NCBI GenBank assembly: GCA_002633005.1
Contig: NMRA01000006.1
Coordinates: 2,069,818-2,133,817 of the forward strand
Reading direction: 5' to 3'
Length of the DNA stretch: 64,000 bases
DNA from: Phoronis australis
Taxonomy: Eukaryota; Animalia; Phoronida
Part shown: positions 36,744-50,967 of the stretch, piece after piece
Layout: each line of letters opens with the position of its first letter
How positions within the stretch are numbered: position 1 is the stretch's first letter
Translations under genes and position numbers: made by a program
Notes under the pieces: generated by a model
The model's input: only the letters and a program-made list of their open reading frames with translations
Database searches by the model: none
What the model was told of the DNA's origin: nothing

Positions 36744-38760
36744 TATTTGAGTAGGAACTATTCATCACATAAATTATGTACCTGCTCAGTGCTTGTAGAA
36801 CGTGTATCTTCACCCACACTGGGGCCAAAAAATATGTAAAGCTGGTGAAATTCTACAATCAAGGTCCTCAGTCGTGTTTAATTCGAAAAGTCGTCACTCA
36901 ACATTAGGCAACACGTAGCCCCTCGGTTGGCCGGTTAGGCCAGCGGCATCCAGGACGATGTAACTGCCCAACTCAACACTCAGTCATATTTCAAATATTC
37001 AAACGAATAGGCCTAGTCGCCCTAGTGACTCTACTAGTAAGACACATTTCATGTGTAGGCCTACTAAGCTACGTCAACTCGTGGATGGTTAAACCAGGTT
37101 AAACTTTATAAAAACAATAAAAAGTTGCATAAATTTAACAATGTCTCCCGATTAATCAGCAACTAAAACTCACGTAGTAAATTACGAGACATCAGCGATC
37201 TCCACGTTTGCAGTCCGTTGTCGAGACAAAGACACTGTCTGTGAAAATGTGGGTCAACGTCGTGACGTGATAAGCGCGTCGGGCTGGTTTCGCCACCTGG
37301 CGGCCAATGTTTGGACTTGAGACAGCAGCTGTCTCACGGCAAGCAAAATCTAGCCAAAATCACATGTTCTCAGTTAGAATACACGACAATATCTCAAGTA
37401 ATCTCGCGAAGATTTGCTTTTTATCCAGTTCCTAGCATAAGTCCTAGCGTTACTTATCACCTTAACCAGGATCAAGCTAGGCCGATGATATGCAGAACAT
37501 TAGGCCTATTTTTTTACAACAATGAATAACCTGTGTGTGGAAGAATCTTTTATCTTTGTTTCAGGTTAACTTTAAAATGGACATCTTACCCGTTTATGGT
37601 AAAAAACGCTTTCCCAGGCCCACTTCAACCGCGTGGAATTTGTTCTACTTACTCAAGTTCAACGGTAACAGAACTGTCATTCAAATCGAATCTCCCCGAG
37701 GCACAGAACAGTTCTGTATGTATCTACAGTCCTGTCACTGAATTGCCATAACACGAGATGCCACTGAAAACGTGTACTAAACGTAGCTTTGATCCTGAGG
37801 GGTTTGTGCGTCTGCGTGTATACGACCGTTGACAACAAATGCATTGGCACTTTGTGTTCACGGACGCGGCAAGTTTTCAAACAAATAAAACATAAATGCT
37901 CACCCAAATTTCATCTCAGAAATGGTTCACCGTATTCAGTTGAAACTTTCACGTATTACTACACTCATAGTGTTCTCCCAAACGCTTTTGCATCATGGAG
38001 GTATCAAAAATAAGAGTTACATTTTAGAAAAAGGTTGCATAGAACGAAAACGAAAGAGGTAATTTAGAAAACTGTGGCAGTTTTTGAGATTGGTCTTCAA
38101 CATTTATATCGTACTAAATTTATTGATCATACTATTGATTCTGTTGCTTATGCCAGTAGGCCTACGTTTCTGTCATAAAATTTTCGTAGAAAATCTGAAA
38201 CTAAATAAGGCGATCCAGATCCTCCCAAGGATACTATTGTTTCATGAAATGAAGAATATAAATCGGTAAATAAAACAACAAGAATGGATCAACTGAAATT
38301 TGAAAATTTCGGATATTATAACTTCCTTTATCAACAAAAACAGAAATAAAGTAAAATCAAACACAAAATGATAATTGACATATAAGATATGGTGTAATGA
38401 AAATGATACATTTTTGCGTAAAAAATTCAATGACATATTTTAAGAAGTTTTTATGTTCAATCCATGAGGTTCTATTGTATTAAGTTTGTCTATCCAATAT
38501 TGTTCTCTTTTAAGTCTATGAGGGGTACTGGGGTGTTGGAGTTTTTCTATTATTTGTACAGAAAGATCTTGAACATTATGGTTTTTGGAATTGAAATGAT
38601 TACCTATAGTATCAGAAATGTTTTATGTATGTTAAATCTATGATTACGAAACCGAGTTTGTAGATTATGTTGAGTTTGTCCTATAGAACATTTTTTACAA
38701 GTTATAAGGTAAATAATATTGTTAGTGGTGCAATCAGAATAATGTTTTATTTCAAAGTTT

Positions 38761-39330
38761 NNNNNNNNNNNNNNNNNNNNNNNNNNNNNNNNNNNNNNNN
38801 NNNNNNNNNNNNNNNNNNNNNNNNNNNNNNNNNNNNNNNNNNNNNNNNNNNNNNNNNNNNNNNNNNNNNNNNNNNNNNNNNNNNNNNNNNNNNNNNNNNN
38901 NNNNNNNNNNNNNNNNNNNNNNNNNNNNNNNNNNNNNNNNNNNNNNNNNNNNNNNNNNNNNNNNNNNNNNNNNNNNNNNNNNNNNNNNNNNNNNNNNNNN
39001 NNNNNNNNNNNNNNNNNNNNNNNNNNNNNNNNNNNNNNNNNNNNNNNNNNNNNNNNNNNNNNNNNNNNNNNNNNNNNNNNNNNNNNNNNNNNNNNNNNNN
39101 NNNNNNNNNNNNNNNNNNNNNNNNNNNNNNNNNNNNNNNNNNNNNNNNNNNNNNNNNNNNNNNNNNNNNNNNNNNNNNNNNNNNNNNNNNNNNNNNNNNN
39201 NNNNNNNNNNNNNNNNNNNNNNNNNNNNNNNNNNNNNNNNNNNNNNNNNNNNNNNNNNNNNNNNNNNNNNNNNNNNNNNNNNNNNNNNNNNNNNNNNNNN
39301 NNNNNNNNNNNNNNNNNNNNNNNNNNNNNN
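38761..39330. other. Assembly gap (N run)
   Basis: 570 Ns. Confidence 1.
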
Positions 39331-39750
39331 GTGTTGTTCCGAACTTCTTAGAAGACGCTAGCAAAGGTTCAGTAGTATTTTTATTACAGAAAAATTGCTG
39401 CCAACTTACACACTGGCAAACGAAGAAAAGCGTGAAAAAATCAGTTTGAAGGGACCTTATCGTTTTATTGTTGAACGGAATAGACCCGTGTCCTTACAAT
39501 ACGAAATTACTTTTCTTGTCGAGAGCATCCCTCTATTACAATTGTTTGGCTGTCTTCTTTTACTTGGTGTTTTTGTCTATGTGTCAATATTGGTAATCAT
39601 TTTTCGTGTTCGTGGCGTACTGGACTGGGAAGACGAGTTTTTCTTATCGCACAGCCCTTTTGTTTTACAAATGAATTTTACTAATTATTGAGCTCAAATT
39701 CTCGTCAGTTTTGTCAAGCGTATCTAGTATGATACATTCGTTGTAAATTA

Positions 39751-40114
39751 CCATATATGGCAGAAGAGTATAGTGCTTCCACAGATGAGGCAATTTCCAT
39801 TTGGGTCTTAAGCCACGCCTAAATTTACGTAGCTTTTAGCCACAATATTTATAAATGAAATTCGACGTCAGGAAGAAATTACGTCTTTGACGTCATAATT
39901 CATTTTGATGCAATAGGCCCTTTTGCTCCCCTTTGTACTGGTGATATATTTAGAGCGCGACTATTCACTCATGACCTACCTATCGTGCAAAATGAGTCAG
40001 AAAAGAGTAGCCTGAGAAATGAAATTTGTGAATAGATTCTTTTGGTAAACACATGGGAGTGGAAGAGCTCAACAGTATATAAAGCGGGAGCAATTGATCA
40101 AGACCTAGTCATTC
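39751..40114 (+). promoter_or_regulatory. Putative fascin promoter: CArG, CRE, AP-1, TATA, Inr
   Basis: CCATATATGG 39751-39760; TGACGTCA 39888-39895; TGAGTCA 39993-39999; TATATAAA 40076-40083; Inr-like TAGTCATTC ~30 bp downstream. Confidence 0.6.
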
Positions 40115-40422
40115 AATTTACACTCAACGTTACGTCGACTGACTGTGTGCGTTCAAACTGCATCAGTTGCCTCATCGGTGTGTCATCAAGTCTGCCTGGT
40201 CGAATTACTGCATAGCTGAGATAAAGATACGCGCAGGGTTACTTGTTTAATGTAGTTCCGTCTTAGTCACCGCTGTATTGTTCCAGTTATCACAAGTTCT
40301 CAGTACACGGAAGACTGCAGGCCTGTATCAGTCAGACATCAGTAGCTGTCGGACGCTGTCAGTGGTCAAGTTAGCTATTGGTATTTCTGTAGTTTTTCAT
40401 AAAACGTGCATTATCGTTGAAA

Positions 40423-41275
40423 ATGTCGAAGAATGGTGTAAATGGCAGTGCTGCCAGCCACCAGTCAGTTTTGAGCCGGTTCGGTTTAGTGAAATGCAGT
40501 GATGGAAAATATTTGACCGCTGAAAAGTTCGGCCACAAAATAAACGCCACGGCGGGTAATATGAGAAAAAAGCAAGTTTGGTCTCTGGAACAAGATCCAA
40601 GTGAAGGCGTTGTGTATCTGAAAAGTCCCCTGGGGTGCTATCTGTCTTCCGACAGACATGGAAATGTGTCCTGTGATTCCGAAGACTGGGGACCGAATGA
40701 GAAGTTTGTGATCGAGTACTGCAAAACGGACTCGAGCAAATGGGCCTTCAAGAGTGTCGAGCACAAGTATTATTTCGGAGGAAAGGGCGACAGCTTGGAA
40801 TGTCACGACAACAGCCCGGGCGCGGAAAACTGGTGGTACGTACACTTGGGCGTGCATCCTCAAGTGAACTTTGTCAATGTTTTGCGACGACGTTTCGCGC
40901 ACATGAACGACGACCAGATTCAGGTGACGGAGCTAATACCCTGGGGCCAGGACGCTCTCATCACCATTGAGTACCAGAACGGCAAGTACGCGGTGAAAAC
41001 CTGCGACAATCGCTATCTGCACCGAGCGGGACAGCTTTCTGAGGAGCTCAACGATGACTGCCTTTTCACTATTGAGATGGCAAAAGCTGGGAACAGCTCT
41101 GGCATTGCACTCAAAGACTGTACGGGCGCATATATCAGTGCCATTGGAGCGACGGCTACCATGAAAGCCGGCAAAGCTAAAGTGCCTTCGAAAGACGAAC
41201 TGTTTACGATAGAGGACAACTTCCCCCAGGTTACCCTGATTGCTCACAACGGAAAATATGTGTCCATTAAACAAG
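40423..41275 (+). CDS. FSCN: Fascin (singed-like) exon 1
   Basis: FGLV..GKYLTAEKFG..INA....KKQVW.LE, HLGVHPQVN, PWGQDALIT, KDELF, NGKYVSIKQG|gtaag; four exons sum to 1524 nt = 507 aa + stop. Confidence 0.93.
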
Positions 41276-42311
41276 GTAAGTAAACGCTGCGAACGCATTC
41301 TTTCACACGGGTGATCATCGCTTATGTTTAACTGTTCGGTAGCTGCCTGTCCATAAAAATAAGATTTGTGACTTATGAATATCCTTACATTCAGAGGTTG
41401 CGAGCCGTAAAAGTTGATCACATTTTGGCGAAAAATTTGTGGACTAAAGGCCAGCGCCCGGGGGTGTCACCAAACCCATTTCGGTCAGTACTCCGGGTGA
41501 AGGAATAAATGCACTTCTATCAGGGCTTCTGTGTTTATTGAAGTAACACCAGAGTGCCCAGTGCTTTGGTCGTGAATAAATCTAATGCAAACCATTTGTT
41601 ACTGTGCGTAACGATCTTGCGTAATAGTCTTTAAGCCGTATATTTGAAGAATGTCACTCCCACTTAGCCGGTCTCTGCGCTTGATAGCAAACTTAATCTA
41701 AATTCTGAACCAAATCAGACATGGTTGTGGTAAATTGAGGGGACATTCCCTAATTTTGCCAGTCAACTGAAATACCGGCTGTTTTTGTATGATAAAGTAA
41801 TAAGATATGAAACCAGGGTCGGATGTGGCTTGTGAAATTTTATGAGAGGAGTCTAGTTGAATTTATATACATTTTGGTACTTTGGCCGGGGGGAAAGTTT
41901 CACGACTCTCTAAAATTCAAACAGTCGAAAATGTAACGGCTACAAAGCATGCCTGTCACATTCGTTCCTGTCCACCGACTCGAAGTCATTGATTTCACTA
42001 CTAATTTCATTGAAGCGATTGCAAATTTTATCGTTTTTAGTGCCCTTGAGTTATTCCTCGTAGCTGTTACGCGTGGCCCAGCCAACTCGAAGGCACGCTC
42101 AATTCAGTTGTTCTCTCGAAATCTAGACAGACGTTCGTTCTGAATGTATAATTATCACACTTTCAGAAGCACATGTGTCGACACAAAAATCAATTTTCGT
42201 CTTCGTAATGAGCAGTGCTAAATTGAATATACTGTCAGCCAAGTTCAGCTGAGCCTACATGGCATCTTCGCACAAAACGCGATTCAGACGTTACGGGAAA
42301 TAAATACACAG

Positions 42312-42462
42312 GAGTGGCGGATTTAGAGGGGGGCCAAAGGGCCATGCCCCCTAAAATTCTCCCAGATTCCATTTGGCAGTTCGGGGGTTCGAATGTCTGA
42401 CGGGCAAAATCCTGGCTAATACTCTGCCCTCCCCCCCCAACTCAATATTCTGGATCCGCTCC
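42312..42462 (-). mobile_element. ~150-bp MITE (GGCGGAT...ATCCGCC family)
   Basis: Ends GTGGCGGATTTAG / CTGGATCCGC; inverted copy of 45662-45826 and 50823-50967. Confidence 0.75.
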
Positions 42463-45400
42463 TTCCCAGTGGTCTGAATAAAATTATGTTCAAACAACAT
42501 TGTTACAAACTGTTAGGGTGATTGTCCACTTATTGTTTGATGCACCTGTCATGCATCACATTGAAACTTCATTGTGTTCGTTTTGTAGAAAAATCGATCA
42601 GTGTAATGTTCAGAGACCAAGGAATGATTAATTACGTTTTGACCGCTGAGTTACAAATTACAAAATTCTACGGTGGTGGGGGGGAGCAAGTTATTTATTG
42701 TTTGTTATTGTCTCAGGTGCCCATTCTCCAGGTCGCTTAGGTATTACGTTGGCCATTTAGGATTTTGAATATGAGGCGACTCTGTGAGGTTTTCACAAAG
42801 ATGAGTCCACAAAACTCGCCAGTTATCAGATGTACCAAAGTGGAGGCAGCACTTGAACAAATCCCCGGCCTCCTCTATAAATTGTGTCTCTAATCTACAG
42901 TTTATGCAGTTGCGAGTCTATCAAACAAAATTTAACCACTATCATCGAGATTATCTTAATCTGCTGATACGTGGTTCCTTTTCTGGAGAAACTTATAAGG
43001 CAGATAGGAATTGTAATTTATCGAAACGCTGGCTTGATAATTATTTGAACTGTAATCAGGATCAACGGCAAGCTCCAAGCGATACCAAAATGAAACTGAG
43101 AAGTTGAAGGGTTGAGCATCTATTGTGAAGTTTTCAGGTCACACGACAAGCATCACTAGATTTTCCGTAGATGATGACTTATCTTATTACTTTAACAAGC
43201 ATGTTTATTTGTTCACCGCAGATCACTTGAGACTACGGGCTTACACGTGCTTGTTTAAAATCATTTTTCTGAGAATAACCAGAATATTTTGCTCCACTGA
43301 ACTGATTAGAAGTGAATGGCGCTGAGTCTGTTCCATATTGATTAGTCGCGATGCATCGCAGTGAATTGCATAATAGTTGAAGACGGTTCTGTCTAAGGTC
43401 CATTTTGTAACACTAATTGTGTACATGGATATTTTGTTAGAAGAACGTGGCCGTGTTTAAGCTGTAGGACATCGCTCATGTTTTCCAAATAATATCCTGG
43501 ATGCCGGGCCATCTAAATTAACATTCTGATGTCCATAAGTTATGCAAAACCTTCAGACCCAAAGTGAAATAACTTCCTTTTCGCTTATCGCATTTTAAGG
43601 AATTTCATTTCAAACCACGGTGATAGACTGTTTACCATTTATGGTATGATATTTTGGTGCGACCTCATGTTCAGCCCGTATTCTGTGAAGCATAACAAAC
43701 GATTTCCAAGTCAGTTAAATAAGATAAAGCTTATCCGGTTCTGGTCTGCAGAAGCGAGCGTGTTGGCATCCATTCTACCTTTATCTCACTGTCATCAAAA
43801 AGAGATGAAACTTTGATAATAAAGTGAAGTAAAAATATATAATTGCGAGTAGAGGTGGGGATATGTCGTTTCCGCGACACAACAATGCATTCAAGTTATC
43901 ACCTAAATGGCCAGTTATTCAGAGACTCCCAAGTCACTATCCATTCATCTTCAACTGCTTTGTTCAACGTGCTGAAAGATCAGAAATGCGTTGTCAATCG
44001 TTTTTGTGTTTATAACTTCTCTTCGATGATTGACATATGTCTGACAGACGTTCACCACTCATTGCTGGCTGACAGTTCTTGTGCGATGAGCAGTCTTCTC
44101 GGACCTTCTAACTATGATGACATTGTTTTTGTTAAAGTCTGTCAATTTAAAGGTCGACAAGTTTGACATCTCGCGTTTTACAATTTGTATAATTAGAAGT
44201 CTGGGATTTGGAATAAAGACGCGCTGTGTTTTGATATGTTATCACCATTTGTAAACCATGTTCAAAAACCGAATCGATGTATTATGGTGCTTCAGACATT
44301 GTAGTTTTCAAATCGGTTTTGAATCGTGAATATTCCACTGTGCTGTTCATTTCACAGACAATAATATATGTACACAGCTTTAAGTTTCCAAAGTTCATTT
44401 AGTGAGAGCTAAGTCACAATTTTACACGTGGTCTCGGAAAAGCTCTTTGTCGTTCAGCTAGGTCTTTGACACATGCATAAAATTTGATACCAGGCCATCT
44501 GGTCTTCAACGAGTAATAGGTTTAGGGACAACTCAAATGACTCAAGTCTGAAGTATTTGTTGGTTTGTACTCGTTTCCCAGACTTGAATGTAGCCGCTGG
44601 GCACGTGGTCATTAACTACCCTACCTAGTTTGTTTAGACTGTCATCAGAGGCGAATCTTCAATAAACAAAAACGCGTTAGTAAGCATCTGAACATTCAAC
44701 AATGCAACTGCGTCGCTTCTTGAAACCATTCCATCAAAATAAAGTTGTTCGGTGAAATCGTTTGGGTAAAATAATTCTTTTCCGGTTGCTAATTTCTTGT
44801 GGTTACGAGTTTTTTAACTACTGTCAGAGTGTGTTTATATCAATCGCTGACAACGATGGCGGGTATTCTAGGCTAACCAGTCGATGTTGCAAAGCGACGG
44901 TTCAAATACGTATTTCTAAAACCGGGAATCACCAACACTAAATTTAAATGTTTTCCTATATGTATGACGTGGCAAATAATAAGAGTCTATGGCATCCACA
45001 ATATTCACGTAATATCAAGCTGCAGTGCTGTCTCCTGGTGCATTCCTGGTTAAAATATACTTATATTAAACCCCAATTTCCATCCAATTATTGCTTAAAC
45101 TTGAAACCAAGAAATATGCAAATTAAAGCCAATTCCCACGCCATGATATTGCATCGGTCGGTTCTTGAAAAGGCTGACTGGCCGTATTATGTTTCGAAGA
45201 GTTTTTGACACAAAAACGTCCTGAATGTTATCCGTGCAACGATTATAAGGAAAATGTTTGTGCTGATTTTGCATTGATTCGATTGCGTGTGTGTCACTAA
45301 AACAAAAGGAAAGTAGGCCTACTATCCAATAAAAACAGGACTTTAGTACTTCACCTCCCACCAGTTACCTAGTAATAACTCGGTTTTAAAGGACCCAGTT

Positions 45401-45484
45401 TCACGGAACTGAGCCCGGACTAACTCCCCCCCCCTCTTTTTCATTCTCCCCTGCTACAACGACCAATTGTATCGTTTGTTTTAG

Positions 45485-45656
45485 GCGTGGACGTGAGTGC
45501 AAACCAGGAAGAAGAGGTAACGGACAAGGAGTCGTTTCAGCTGGAGTACAGATCTAGCCCGGAGGGAGGCTGCTGGATGGTGCGCACGGTCGACAACAAA
45601 CTGTGGCAACTGGGTAACGCCAGTGGGATTCAAGCAAACGCCACCAAAGACTCAAA
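45485..45656 (+). CDS. FSCN: Fascin exon 2
   Basis: ttttag|GC; VDVSANQEEEVTDKESFQLE...W; phase 1 in, phase 2 out (|gtgag). Confidence 0.9.
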
Positions 45657-45661
45657 GTGAG

Positions 45662-45826
45662 CAGGGGCAGATCCAGGACTTTTAGTTAGAGGGGGGGGGG
45701 GCAGGGCAGAGTATTAGCCAGGATTTTGCTCGTCAGACAACATTCGCACCCCGAACTGCCAAATGGAATCCGGGAGAATTTTAGGAGGGGCATGGCCCCC
45801 TTGGGCCCCCCCTCTAAATCCGCCAC
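45662..45826 (+). mobile_element. ~160-bp MITE immediately after the fascin exon 2 donor
   Basis: CAGGGGCAGATCCAGG...CTAAATCCGCCACT; same family as 42312-42462. Confidence 0.75.
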
Positions 45827-45971
45827 TTGTGAGCGTCCCAGTTAGGGCAAATCGCCCACTTGGGGTTTCTTTCGCAACGATTTGACGGTAAAGAGTTCCC
45901 AATGCAGAGAAGTCGTTATGTTATATCGAAACCAGTAGGCACGAGTCTTCAGGGGTACGGTTTGAACGCGT

Positions 45972-46062
45972 NNNNNNNNNNNNNNNNNNNNNNNNNNNNN
46001 NNNNNNNNNNNNNNNNNNNNNNNNNNNNNNNNNNNNNNNNNNNNNNNNNNNNNNNNNNNNNN
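45972..46062. other. Assembly gap flanked by an overlap duplication
   Basis: ~45692-45970 is repeated at 46063-46341 on the other side of the Ns. Confidence 0.9.
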
Positions 46063-46795
46063 NGGGGGGGGGGGCAGGGCAGAGTATTAGCCAGGATTTT
46101 GCTCGTCAGACAACATTCGCACCCCGAACTGCCAAATGGAATCCGGGAGAATTTTAGGAGGGGCATGGCCCCCTTGGGCCCCCCCTCTAAATCCGCCACT
46201 TGTGAGCGTCCCAGTTAGGGCAAATTGCCCACTTGGGGTTTCTTTCGCAACGATTTGACGGTAAAGAGTTCCCAATGCAGAGAAGTCGTTATGTTATATC
46301 GAAACCAGTAGGCACGAGTCTTCAGGGGTACGGTTTGAACGCCGCGTTTTTGCGACAATTTAGTGAGGAATGCAAACTTCTTAATAAACGCGTACAAAAT
46401 TATTAAGCCCCTCCTGATACCCTCTAGTTCTTATAATCAGAGAAACTCCCCCTACCCCTCCTTACTTAATTTCATCGTTTTCTGCTAGTTTTCCTCCCTC
46501 ATGTTATAAAGTCTAGGGCTGTCTAAATGCAAACCGTTTGTGCAGCCTGGCTCCGTGGGAACGAGCCGTACAGTCATGTGGCATTACGGACGTATACATT
46601 TACTCTACATCTGTTTGATTGATGTGCGAATTACAAATTCATAAACGTTTTTTTTAGCTTCGAAGTGTATTACATGAACATAGATCATGATACAATGAAG
46701 CCTTTTGTACTAAATGGGCTCAACGGAGGGATGTACAGAATGAGGTAAGGTATTTATTGAAAATAAAAAAAATCCTGTTCATTTTAACCTTTTAG

Positions 46796-47088
46796 AGAGT
46801 GTCTGTTTGAAATGGAATACCAAGAAAACGGAAAGATCGCTTTGAAGGCGGCCAACGGCAAATACATCACCGCGCGCAAAAACGGAAGTCTTTATGCAGT
46901 GGCGGACTCTGTGTCTGACACGGAGGTATACAAAATGGAGATTGTCAACCGACCCATTCTAGTGCTCAAATCTGAACACGGTTTTGTCGGCTTCAAGGGA
47001 CCCAAGTCGACAAGACTGGATTGCAACAAGTCTGTCTACGACGTTTTCAAGTTGACCTGTCTAGAGGATGGGTCTTACTCATTCCAAG
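46796..47088 (+). CDS. FSCN: Fascin exon 3
   Basis: ttttag|A; IALKAANGKYITARKNGSL, NRPILVLKSEHGFVG, LDCNKSVYDVF; |gtaaa. Confidence 0.92.
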
Positions 47089-47520
47089 GTAAAATAACAT
47101 TCTTTGTAGAAAATCAGTACATTGACAACTCTAATCCTTATCTGTAATTTCAGTTATTAGATTTTTCAGCGGTGTATGTCAGTAGTATGATCGCCGGTCT
47201 ATCATGATGATGGCCACCGAATTTTATGCATGCCGACTCGAAAGTTTTCTCGTCAAAATCATTACTTGTAATTGAACAGCACAAGATTTAACGTACTCGA
47301 CATGTCTCACAAAGATAAAAGCAAGAAGTTGTCTCTAAAACATGGATTCCGTTTCTTGTGGGCTTTGCAAATCTTCGCACTCGTTGCTTGTTATTCATGG
47401 TTTTACATTCTTGTCAAAGCCTTAGAAAAAAGTGGTGATGTTAATCAGAAAATAAATCAGAAGTTGATCATGGTGACATCTATTTTCTACTGAGTAACAT
47501 CTTTTTCAATTATGTTCCAG

Positions 47521-47726
47521 CCCCTAACGGTAATTTTTGGAGCGTGGCGTCAGATGGTAGCATCGCAGCCGAAGGCGAGGGCGCCGAGGAGTTCTTTATT
47601 GAGTTAATCGATCACATCTACTGCAAGATTCGCACCCGCGGCGGCAACTACCTGCAGGGTGAACAGAACGGCACTTTTGTTGCGAAGTCACCCGACGCCA
47701 GTCTGGCCACGAAGTGGGAGTATTAA
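47521..47726 (+). CDS. FSCN: Fascin exon 4 (terminal)
   Basis: ttccag|CC; NGNFW, FFIEL, GNYLQGEQNG, ends with the fascin-typical WEY*. Confidence 0.92.
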
Positions 47727-49990
47727 ACCGCGAGCTCTCCAGTTTCGTTTGAAAGAAGGGCGAGTCTGTTTGGTTGCAATTTTACCGATTTTGCCCTGTG
47801 CTCAGCTAGTAGTTAAGTCAATATTGCGGAAGACCACCGATTTTTCGGTTGGAACTAAATCATGACAACTGAGCTTCGAACTTTGAAGTCATTGTGAACA
47901 CAGCTATCGAATTTAGGCTAAACGTTGTCATTAACTAATCACGAAACTAAAATCTCATCCCATTGTTTTGTTTGAAGCATCACATGTATGCGTAGGCATG
48001 TAATATTAAATTCATTGCAGTGTGTGAAGTGTCGTAACTGCGCAGTGAGATTGCCTTACCACTGGCTTCCGTTTAACGATGCGAGAAAGAGTATAGAATG
48101 GGTTAATAATGCACCTCAAGACATTTATCAACGCACATTCTATCACTAGTGTGGACAACCCTATATGTTTTGAAAAGTGTATAATCGGTATTGTTATCTC
48201 GCTATCGTTCTCAATGAACTTTATTGAAACAATTACATTTCAACCTCCATGGGGCAAGGTTCGACTTTCAGAGCCTTGTCATCTTCCCTAATTGTTTTCC
48301 ATCGATAATGGATAGCATGCCTTAATGTTTCAGTCCGTCGTTATCATGATAACAATAAGTAAAGTTCAAGAAATTTTATTATTATTGTTATTTAGGAATT
48401 CCTGTATGCTGATGAAGCTTGTGCTTGGGATATCTTTTCCACTTAAACATATGATTTTATACGACTATTAAACATAATTATGAAGTTGATCGGCGTCTAC
48501 CCTAGGCTACAGCATACCATTGACTGACAGTTAATTATGGTGTGGGGACGAGTTTGTTAGTGTAGTGTTACTTGCTGTTATTGTTATTCGTGTCTATGGA
48601 AACGACCGACGCCGCATGTTCTTAACGTTATAATATATTGTTGAAATCAATCCATCTTTCAATCTAATTAACTTCAAGTCGTGCCATTAAATATTTTAAC
48701 AGGATAGATTGAAATGACCTTCAAATGGCGAATACGACTCATGGGTTGTCAATCACAGTAGATGCAGACAACTCACGTTTGTCTTGGGTGCTTTTACAAT
48801 GTATTAAAACAACTAAAGCAATAACGATGCTACAAGAAGAGAGGTATAACGCGAGCGCGCAATCATGTACGTCGCTTACATACACAACTTAGTATCCGGC
48901 TTCGAAAATATTCATGTTTTAATTACTACGATTATCAACTCCCCGGGGAAAATCGAGACTTGCAAGTGGATCTTTCCGCGTACTCGAATTGCCTACGTCC
49001 ATCATTCAGTTCACGGAATATCTATCTTCCTAACGCATACTTTCACTTTCAGAATTTTACCAGTGGCTATATACCAAAACTCCTTCCAGAAATACAGCCT
49101 GGCGCATCACCACCAGATGACCGTGATGACACATCTATCGCGCGTGATGCTGCGGTAAATGAGTCTAGATCGCGAAAATGACCAGTGACAATGAGTCATT
49201 CATTCGTAATCACGGGCTCAAATCAATGCGCTATTTTCAGACTTGAAGGTAATCAACCAAACGAACTTAAAACTGAAGTCCGTGGCGGAGTCATTTCCAG
49301 GGAACTTGTAACCAAAGGTTATAGACGTTCATTGAGAGTTGCATTGATGAATATCGGTGATTTTGCCAATTTCAAGTTGGTCAGACTGTTAAATTAATGA
49401 CCAAGACCCCGAACGGTCATCGTGACGTTGACCTTTATGGACAGTACGATGATGTTCGAAAAATATTTCTTGGCCCTCGAGAGGAGAAGCATTTGCGTAA
49501 CGAATTCTGTTGTTTGAGAAAAAAAATCAGCAATTAGAAAAAATTGCAAAAACGTATATAGTGAGGTAATTACCCGAGGCATCAGCGTACCTGGAGCAGT
49601 TGATGGAGGCATCAGGGTACCTGGACTCGCTACTGAACATCCTAACGATGCACCTTGAGGCCCCCAAATCCGAGCCCCGACTAAAACCAATCTGAACTAG
49701 GTGCAGTTGAACCCAGTTGAAGCTTAATATCAATTTCTCGGGAAATACCGGTATACGTACATATCATGTTTTTATAGAAACTGAAGCGGATACAGAGCTC
49801 GACTTGAAGCGAAAAGGCACCGCTTTTGTCGAAACTGTTAAGCGGATACAGAGGCTGATTTAACAGAAGGCATGAAATAGTGTTTTAATTTGCTTTGCAC
49901 TGTTTTGACGGAAGATTTCACTTCTGAACGGGAAATCGACAATTTTGTTACAGCTACTTCCTTACCAGGGTAGCATCCTAACCTGGCGTG

Positions 49991-50214
49991 CGTTCAGTAG
50001 CGCTAGGGTCTACGCTGGAACCTCGCTAAAATCTAACCAAAATCACGTGTTCTCATTTGAAATACACGACAATATGTCATACAATCACGCGATCGTTTAG
50101 GTTTTTAGCCTCGCTGGTCCACTACGTGCCTAGCCAGCGTGCTGGCTACTGTCCACCTAGCGGCACGCAGGAAACCAGCGGGGGTTTTAGCGAGGTCCCT
50201 AGCGTTATTGAACG
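49991..50214. mobile_element. Palindromic MITE
   Basis: CGTTCAGTAGCGCTAGGG...CCCTAGCGTTATTGAACG inverted ends; internal aaaatcta.ccaaaatcac.tgttctca also at ~37345. Confidence 0.65.
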
Positions 50215-50822
50215 GGAGGCTGGTTCCCAGCGCTCCCACTCTTGACATCAGGGATAGTGCGTGAGCAGCCCAGACAATCTAAGAGAATCTGTGCAGGAGA
50301 CGAGGAAGCGTCCACCCGAAAACTGTCTCCGTTGTTGCAATTAGATGTAAACAAGACCAAGTGATACAACGTTACGTCTCAACCATGCGTTGTGTGATCG
50401 ACCAGCGGAGATCTGCAATGCACGTTTCCTAACCAAATGTTATCACGCTACATCCACACTTCCAGTTACAACGTAGCCGTCACGAAACACGTGACAAACA
50501 GCTGATAGAAACTAATTCGAGCCACACTCAATATTGAAAACGCCATTATTCCGCAATCACGACATCCGTTCATGGTTCTGACCACAGCTCCGAATTCAGT
50601 GAAATCGGAGTGGCCTGTTGATGTAGTTAGGACTCGCGACTCATTTCTACAACATTTTAGTTTTAGTCTGCTATTATTCAACTCATTTGTTTATCTGAAT
50701 TTTTATTAACATTTAAAATTTTTTTAATAATAGTTAAAGTTCACAAGGTAACAACACACTAAGCTGAAAGGAAATTTCGCTGTGCACATTACAGAATTGT
50801 AACGTAGAAATACCAATAGCAC

Positions 50823-50967
50823 CAGGGGGCGGATCCAGGATTTTTAGTTAGGGGGGTCAGGGCAGAGTATTAGTCAGGATTTTGCCAGTCAGACATCCGC
50901 ACCCGGAACTGCCAAATGGAATCTGGGAGTTTTAGGAGGGGGGGGTGGCCCCCTCTAAATCCGCCAC
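50823..50967 (+). mobile_element. ~145-bp MITE, same family
   Basis: CAGGGGGCGGATCCAGG...CTAAATCCGCCAC with shared core gggcagagtattag.caggattttg. Confidence 0.75.

Noticed and set aside
38667-39449. Long ORFs in the track
   Set aside because: They are open only because they run through Ns
45692-46341. Direct repeat around the N gap in fascin intron 2
   Set aside because: Near-identical sequence on both sides of a gap is a scaffolding overlap
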